From Octopus sinensis (Eukaryota), in NCBI RefSeq assembly GCF_006345805.1, contig NC_043004.1:48112001-48176000 (forward strand): DNA of 64,000 nt, given 5' to 3'. Below the pieces are notes generated by a model. The model was not told the origin of the DNA, ran no database searches, and saw only the letters and a list, made by a program, of their open reading frames with translations. Within the stretch, counting starts at the first letter, position 1, and every line of letters begins with the position of its first letter. Shown here in pieces: positions 56,230 through 64,000 of the stretch. The position numbers and the translations under genes were made by a program.

Positions 56230-57980
56230 AGATTATACAGTACCTCTTCTTGTCTTCATCGCGGCATCATCTAGTCAGGCTAATTGCCCGGGACTGCCTG
56301 ACTACCTCTCTTCATCCCTCCCAATCTTTCATTAATGTGTTCAGGTCTTTAACTTGGAATCCAGCATGTTCTGCAAGCTGTTCTATATAGGTCTTTCGGG
56401 GTCTTCCAACCACTGTGGTACCATGATTTGGTGTCCACAGCAACACATTACTCACAAGTTCTTTACTTCTCCAACATTGAGAAAATAACATCTAGAATAA
56501 TAGTTGCCAATTTCAACGGTAAACCTTCCACTAAAGTCTCCCGCTGCTACAGCCCAACAAATGTCAGCGATTTATCATCTCTTGTACGATTTATAAGAAA
56601 ACACAACATCCTCAACATTGGCGGAGATATGAATGCACAATAGGCCATGATAAATACCCCATCATAAATACTCGTTCCATCAAAACCTCAAAGTGAAATG
56701 GAGAATACTTAGAGCACTTCTTGGTAGAAAACAAACTTCAATGCCTGAACACTTTATTTTCAGAAGCGATCGGGAAAGAAGTGGACCCATACTTCCCCAA
56801 ACGGATTCAAAGTTCAGCTATACTATCTTGTCATGAACATAAATTGGATTAACAGCTGCCACAACTGTGAAGCATGCAACACTTTCTTTGGTGTATCATA
56901 TGACCATCGAGTAATAACATCTAAGCTTCAGGTATACGATAAAAGCAACCTCAAGACCGCCCTAAAACTGGCATATTCTGACATACAACGAGAAAGTCCG
57001 AAATGATTTCGCGATCAAACTCAGAAATCGCTTCCATGCGATACAAGATTCAATCGAAGATCATACCCCAAACTAACATATCTTAACTTCGTCCAAGGTC
57101 TTTATGACGCTGCTGAAAAATGCATCCCTTTGAGAACAAAATTGAAATGAAGAGCCCCTTGGGAAAGCGACACAGTGCTTGCAAAAAGAATTAACATAAA
57201 GGAAATAACCAAACAGTACAACAGAATCCTACGAGAAGAAACTTAAACAGAAAAACGAAGGTACTGAAAGAACCTGACGTACTATATCAGATGAAACAGC
57301 AAAAATACATTCAAAGTCAAATCGACAAAATCAAAAACGCAGCAGACAACAAAGCGTCTTCTTTGACGTGGCAGACAGTAAACGAAGTGAGTAGTCGGGA
57401 GAAATCTTCCAAAGAGACGTTGAAAGCCTCTAGCCCACAGGAGGGACTGAGTAAGTGAAAAGACCATTTTCAAAACCTTCTTGGGAAATCACTGAATACA
57501 TCAAACCAGCTCATCCATCGTATAGTTGAGGAGGTCCTGGATATCAAGCAGGGGCCCTTCTCGATATAAGAGCTTGAAGTCGAACTGAGGAAAATCAAAA
57601 ACCGAAAGGCTGCAGGATTTGATGACATCCCTCCTGAAGTCTGGCGATTTCAATGACATTCTTCTCAAAACGTGCAACTCAGTATATCATCAAAGCGAGA
57701 TAAAAGTCTGAACAGGAGGATGTATTCTGCCTTTCTCCGCTAAAAGGGAATCTGGGCCTTGCCTTAAACCACAAAGGAATTACATTAACACCAATTGCAG
57801 CGAAGATTTACAATGCATTGCTACTCAATCGAATCCGACCTCAAATTGAAAGAGTTCTTAGGAAAAATCAAAATGTATTCGGGAAGAGCCGCTTTACATC
57901 AGGTCAAATTCTCATAGTTAGGAGGATGCTGGAAGAGGTACGAGCCAAAAACCTTAATGCAGTTTTGTACTTTGTTGATC
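56230..57980 (+). mobile_element. RTE-clade LINE relic (endonuclease plus RT)
   Basis: CYSPTN...IGGDMNAQ; KAAGFDDIPPEVW; GITLTPIAAKIYNALLLNRI...QILIVRRMLEEV...YFVD. Confidence 0.85.
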
Positions 57981-58454
57981 ACATTATTAATTAAATTATA
58001 CGAAAATTAAAACCAAATACCATTGAGTTGAATGTTGTAATGATCACACACACACATGCGCACAGAGATTCACACACACACACACACACACACGCACACA
58101 CATATATATATATATTGTTCAAATGTACAGAAAACTAAAGACAATGACAGGTGAGAGAACAACAAGCAGCCCCAGAACAATGGAGAAGTCTTTGGCAGAA
58201 AGGGATAAGGGGGAGAAATGGAAAGACAGCTAAAAAACGGAAACAGCAAAAATTGTTTGTTGAGATTAATTGTTCAACATGATGAAATGACCCGAAGAAA
58301 GAGGTTGAGTGAAGGGGAGATAATAAGAGTGAATGTATGTATGTATGTATGTATGTATGTATGTATGTATGTATGAATATTTGCATGTACGTATGTATGT
58401 ATGTATGTATGTAAGCATATACACATATAAATATATTTAACGAAGCATGTCGCC

Positions 58455-58460
58455 TTTATT
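58455..58460 (-). terminator. Candidate polyadenylation signal AATAAA of copy 3
   Basis: tttatt on the + strand, ~85 nt past the stop. The site homologous to the copy-2 signal is mutated to AACAAA. Confidence 0.35.
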
Positions 58461-58543
58461 TAGAAGGAAACCTTAGCACGTTAACATGTTAAACATGGAA
58501 AACTAAAATACACGTTTGTTAATCTTGGTAATTTAATTTATTA

Positions 58544-60008
58544 CTACATTTCTTTAATTTTCTGATAGGCCAAGCATTTTATAATCTTTTTGTTAAACTT
58601 GCCACTGGCCAAAAGTGGAAATGAAGGAAAATATAAAATATAATCAGGGTGCATCGATACACAATCAAAGTCATCTGGATCCGGCATTGTTTCCGTACAA
58701 AACTTTTTCAATTCTTCTTCATTGAACTCGTAATTTGGCCGAACGGTAACGCACGCGCATACACGTTCTCCAACTGCCTGGTCAGGGATTGGTAAAACAA
58801 CCACAGCATCTACACTCGGATGACGTCCAATGTAATCTTCAATAAGTTTAATAGATAATTTTACTGTACACTTCTTAATAAAATCTGTGCTTCTTCCAAC
58901 CATTATGAGATCACCATCTTCAGTTAAGTAACAAATATCTGATGTTGGATACCAACCATTTTCTAAGCATGAGGTGCCATCCAGATATGTTTTTGCTATC
59001 CATTTACTTCGAAAATACAAATAGCCTGTCTTTCCAATATCCACAACTCTCTTCTCCTCGTCAACAATTTTGATTTCCGTTCCTTCAAGTGGTCGACCCA
59101 AAATTCCTTGTTGATGTTCCGGAATGTTTTCTAGTGTAAAAATTCTATTAGTTATGTAGAAAGATTCAATACTTCCATAAACAACTAAGAATGAATCTGC
59201 AACCTTCAAAGCATTTTCTATTGTATCCCGGGTAATGATGTCTCCACCTGACATTATCATATTGACACGGAAATCGCGGTCGCTCAGTCGCTTCACATCT
59301 TGTGGTGCAACATTAACCATGTTACATTCTTCACTCTGCCATATCTTTATAACAAAATCGAGGTTCTTCGGATCATTCAACATTTCTACATCTCCACTGA
59401 CATGCAATGATCTTCTGGTTAGCACAGACAAAGGATATCCTCCACCATATCCCATTGGCCGACTGCTAAATATGACAAGAGAAGTGTCCTTAAAATCTAA
59501 ATCCTTGTTGTTTAAGTATTCAAAATGGCTGTGATAAATACCTTTGGGCACACCAGTGCTTCCTGAAGTCTGATTGATGGATGCAATATCTTCTGGGTCA
59601 ATGTTAGGAAACTCAACTGCGACATCGTCGCTTACTTCTGCCATCAATTTAGCAGCAGATAAAGCATTGGCTGGTCTGTGTGTATTAGACACATCAATGG
59701 CAAAACTCAAATCAGGACACGCTTCGCAAGATACTTTTCCATTATCGCTTATCTGTGCAATGGATAAGAAATTGTCCCAGATAGATTTGGAACCAAATAC
59801 AACAGCACTGCATCCTTTTATAATAGATTTCATATCTGCTAATCCAAATATCAGTCTCATAGAATATGCTCCCGTCATCATGATGCCTATATCGTAGCTC
59901 ATCCATTCCACACAGTTAGGAACACAAAATGCAATCTTGTCTCCTTTTTCAATGCCTAGTTTCATCAGAGCCTTTGCGAATTTCACAGCTCCATCGTACA
60001 TCTCTTTC
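58544..60008 (-). CDS. ANL enzyme copy 3, intact large terminal exon; exon 1 lies outside the window if present
   Basis: Paralogous ORF (QTSGSTGVPK, YGSIE, TSDIC, LASGK) with the same acceptor context as copy 2, 5' of 60008, phase 2, stop TAG at 58544-58546. The ORF-track extension to 60052 is intron read-through. Confidence 0.88.
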
Positions 60009-60500
60009 CTGCAAAGAAAAGTGACATATTTAACATGTATGTTGCTAAACAAGTAGTTTCATGATATAAGTTATTTACATTTCTATATTATATTATGAAA
60101 GTGCAGATATCTTAGATGATAATAGTTTAATCTACCAACAGAAATCTCAGCGATATCAATGTTCAAGATAGTAAATTCTGAATTCACTAACACCACAGTA
60201 AACTCCCCACCCCTGTACTCTTCGACTCCACCCTCACCCCACGCCCTCTAACCAACTGAACATACACACATGTGTTTGTTTGTATGTATGTATGTATGTC
60301 TATAGCTTTTATCTTTTAGTTTTTTCAGTCATTTGAAAGCAACCATACTGAGATATTAGCTTGAAGTCGATAAAATCAGCAACAGTACTGTTTTTATTCA
60401 ATCCGTCTCTTTGCTGATCCGCTAGGTCACGAGGACGTAAATAATTCAACACCAGTTGTCAAGCAGTGGAAGAAACAAACACAAATGAAAATACACAGAT

Positions 60501-60543
<43 letters not shown>

Positions 60544-60633
60544 CACATATATATATATATAATGTGACCTCGCGTGTACCGTTGGCGATTTTTTTCCTCT
60601 GTCTTCCCTTCTCTGGATCTTTCCTTCTCCTAT

Positions 60634-60668
60634 GTTTCCGACGAAGAGCTCCGCTCGAAACGTTAAAC
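60634..60668 (+). ncRNA. Minimal hammerhead-like motif, U4C variant
   Basis: GUUU-CCGACGA-A-GAGC(ucc)GCUC-GAAA-CG-UU^AAAC. Confidence 0.55.
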
Positions 60669-60756
60669 CCTCCTTCTTTCCTGAGCGTCCAATAATACTA
60701 TATTTGTTCCACGTCCTCGCGTTGTTGTGTTTTTTTGTGCTTTCTTGTTTGGATTA

Positions 60757-60819
<63 letters not shown>

Positions 60820-61443
60820 TATTTTACCCGAGCCAGCCTAAAGATTTCCTGGCTTTAAGTGCATCGGGAGAGGCATCACTGGAGGCCCAGCCTCCCGGGT
60901 TCAGTTACAAGGCTTAAAAAAACTGAAGGTAGCTGCAAAAAGTGTGTAAATCTGAGAATAAAATCGATAGGACATTTCAATGCAAATTCTCGTATAAATG
61001 TTATTTTCTGCCATAACTTTTAAAGTTTTCAACCGATTTTCTTGAAATTTTATACACAAATAGAATATGCGTTAAGGATGAGTTGAGACCAATAAATTGT
61101 TTTACGCTCTTGCACAAAAATTATGACGACATGGGTTCACTACCAGAAACTGGTCATTTTTGCACCATATTGGTCCTACCCATTAATATAGTTTTTAATT
61201 TGACGAAAAATGCCGAAATTCGACGAAAAATGTTTCATGGGTACAAACAGGCATCTTATTAACGGTAATTTCATTAGCATTTGCTAATTCTGCATTTCAA
61301 AGTGAATTATATAGGTAAGTACATATCATTTCTCAAGCATTCTCTATTCAGTATTTCATGCATAACCATATATATATATATACTGACAATCAAACTACAT
61401 TTATACACACTACTACTTATATACAAGGTTCAACTTATCATTA

Positions 61444-61560
61444 CAGTAGCCCCCCGGTATTCGCAGGAGTTATGTTCCTAGACCGCACGCAAATAATGAA
61501 AAACCGCGAATATTAAACGTAGTTCATAAAGATGCCTATAAATGTCAAAATATGACCTAA

Positions 61561-61593
<33 letters not shown>

Positions 61594-63065
61594 TATCTTG
61601 TCTAGTTTCAGCTCACGAGCTGTAGACATGCTGGGGCATCATATGTAATACTAATTTAATAAAAAACAAAGTAAAATGTACGGTTACATTCACCAATAAT
61701 GAATAATATTGATTTAAGACGATGATGATGAAAATAATGGAGGTAATGACTGCTCACCAAAGAAGATTTAAAGCTCTTCAGGTGTTTTAGTAGGTGTCGT
61801 ATCTTCGTGGAAGGCCTTCTTGGTGGGCTTGAGGAACATTGTGATGGGAAGTTGCTGTTGTTTCTTCGTGGTGGTGAGGTGAGTTTTATATATCTGCATG
61901 GCAGCATCGATGGCATTTTTTTTAAATTGGAGAGACCGAAGCATATAGGGATCCTATGCTTACGTCTTCCCTTGCAATTCTTTTGCTGTTCTGAAAGGGT
62001 CGGGCAGACGTTCGATTGCCAGGCCCCTCCTCATCCTCCTATTTCTCTGGAACTGGTACTTCCTTCTCATCTTCACTGACAGACTTCATTAACTCCAACA
62101 AATCTTCGTCTGTCAGGGTTTCAGAGTGGGCATCGATGAGATCGTTGACCTCATCTTGCGTGATGTCCTCAAAACGTTCGCCACCAAGTACCTTTGCCAG
62201 TTTCAATGTATTGTAGACAGCCTCATACCGAATATCTTCAGGTGAGCAGAAATCGTAGTCCGGCATACACTCTGGCCACATCTTCCAGCATGCGATGGGA
62301 GTTCCTTTTTTCATGTCTTTAAGGGCAGCGTGGATGACTAACAGGCACGTTGCGATCGTAAAGTTACAGCAGTGCTCCTTTAACTTGAAATTCTCGTTTG
62401 ATTCCGTTGCGTCCTCAAAATGTTGGAGATTTCCGAGTGCAAAATGCTTTGAATGCATGGATCACGCCCTGATCCATAGGCTGGATGTGGAAGGTGGTTT
62501 TGGCAGGCAGGAACTTGACTTGGACTCTCTCGTGATTCAAATTGAAAGAGTGATCACCAGCATTATCCATAACAAGCAACACCTTGAATTCCATGCATAC
62601 GTTTTGGAGGCATTCTTTGTCTTCAGGGATGACGCATTGGTGGGACCAATTCAAAGTTAGACTTTTGGTAATCCAGGCCTTGGGGATGTGCATTCAGTGG
62701 ACAGACAGCAGATTTTTTATTCTTATTTTTGAAGGCCCTTGGATTCGCGTATAAATCCTGGTTTATTATGTGTGGCAGTATTGCCACACATAATTAGCGT
62801 CACTCTGTCTCTCTGTGCCTTAAATCCTGGGACTCTGGCTTCGTCCTTCCTGGCTTACGTTCTCGAAGGTATCTTCCTCCAGAACAAGCCATTTCGTCCA
62901 TATTGAAAACCTGTTCCGGCTTGTATCCCTGGTCCTCGATGATCTTCTTGAACATCTCGAGGTACTTCTCAGCGGCTTCTTCATCGGCTGATACTGTCTC
63001 TCCATGCAAAGAAACGCACTTTATTGTAAACCGTTTCTGGAAACGATCAAACCATCCCTTTCTGG
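61444..63065 (-). mobile_element. Tigger/pogo relic, paralogous to 46781-51375 and truncated
   Basis: TIR TA|cagtagccccccggtattcgc; aligns closely with 48180-49990 and shares frameshifts. Confidence 0.85.
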
Positions 63066-63139
63066 GGTTATATATATATCGCTATGGGCTCCGTGTGAGC
63101 AATCATCTAAAAGTTTTTTGTGCATTTTGATGTTGACAT

Positions 63140-63244
63140 AAGTTCCTTGCTTTTCCTGATGAGAAAGCGGCATAATGTACTCCTTATTCCTTCGCAATTA
63201 GGAATATGCAGCCTTCGAAACATATGTCGAAAATAAAGGAATTT
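63140..63244 (+). ncRNA. Extended type I hammerhead, third copy of the 34705 family
   Basis: UUUUC-CUGAUGA-GAAAGC...GCCUUC-GAAA-CAUAUG-UC^GAAAA, with perfect proximal stem I. Confidence 0.7.
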
Positions 63245-63293
63245 TGTTAATTCGTCGTTCAGCTCCATTCTTTCATATATTTATATTTTTAAA

Positions 63294-63405
<112 letters not shown>

Positions 63406-63748
63406 ATATAAATATATATATATAATATATATATATATATAAATATATGTATATATATAAAAATATATATATAAATATATATATATATAAATATATATAT
63501 AATATATATATATATATAATATATATAAAAAAAGAATAAACAAAAACAACAAAAACAAAATACAAATTACATGAACATATATAAACAGAAGATACAAATA
63601 TTACAGGCATCCCCCCACATACACACACTAAATAAACATAAACGCACATAGAGATATAAGCATGCGCAAATGAAGACATACAATAGAAATACAAAATGGC
63701 TGACGGTTAGTAAGGAGAGACACAAATAAGAAAGAAGAAAACAAAGGA

Positions 63749-63788
63749 CCACTGATGCGGTCACAGGAGTGTGACGAAAGAACTCTGG
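63749..63788 (+). ncRNA. Hammerhead-like motif, A9C variant (same family as 14007)
   Basis: Core identical to 14007-14046. Confidence 0.45.
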
Positions 63789-64000
63789 CCGAAATAAGAT
63801 TAAGATTAATGTAAAAAATAAATAACACTGAAGCAAAATAACACCAAATATATAGTGCGTGTGTTTTTATTGGCTAAACTGGCATAATGACCATTCCGAA
63901 ATATAACAATATCTGTTACAACACACGACTTCACATAAAAAATCTTGCACAACAAATATTTAAACGTATATATATATATATTTATATATATATAGTAGGT

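Noticed and set aside
60009-60052. N-terminal extension MFSNIHVKYVTFLCR of the 502-aa ORF
   Set aside because: It is intron sequence upstream of the conserved acceptor; it has no similarity to exon 1 and is not open in copy 2.

Overview
AT-rich, repeat-dense eukaryotic DNA. The SINE families, (TA)n/(CATA)n microsatellites and Penelope-derived repeats point to an octopus/coleoid cephalopod genome; this is inferred from repeat content, not from a database search. The only host gene family in the window is a minus-strand tandem cluster of three ANL-superfamily adenylate-forming enzymes (ACSF2/4CL/luciferase-like). Copy 1 is a complete two-coding-exon gene (exon 1 9492-9637, exon 2 2595-4080, phase-2 intron). 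Copies 2 (43882-45349) and 3 (58544-60008) are intact ~1.47 kb terminal exons with phase-compatible acceptors, but no exon-1 homolog is visible in the 13 kb between them, so they may be alternative terminal exons fed by one shared first exon upstream of the window. The paralogs are conserved except in the substrate-pocket segment, and all three lack the A8 hinge glycine needed for the CoA half-reaction. The rest is transposon debris (Penelope, L1/Tx1, RTE, CR1/L2, Gypsy, Tc1/mariner, Tigger/pogo, Helitron, MITEs, SINEs). It carries about 16 hammerhead-ribozyme-like motifs, including a 339-bp near-perfect palindrome with an extended canonical hammerhead on each strand.
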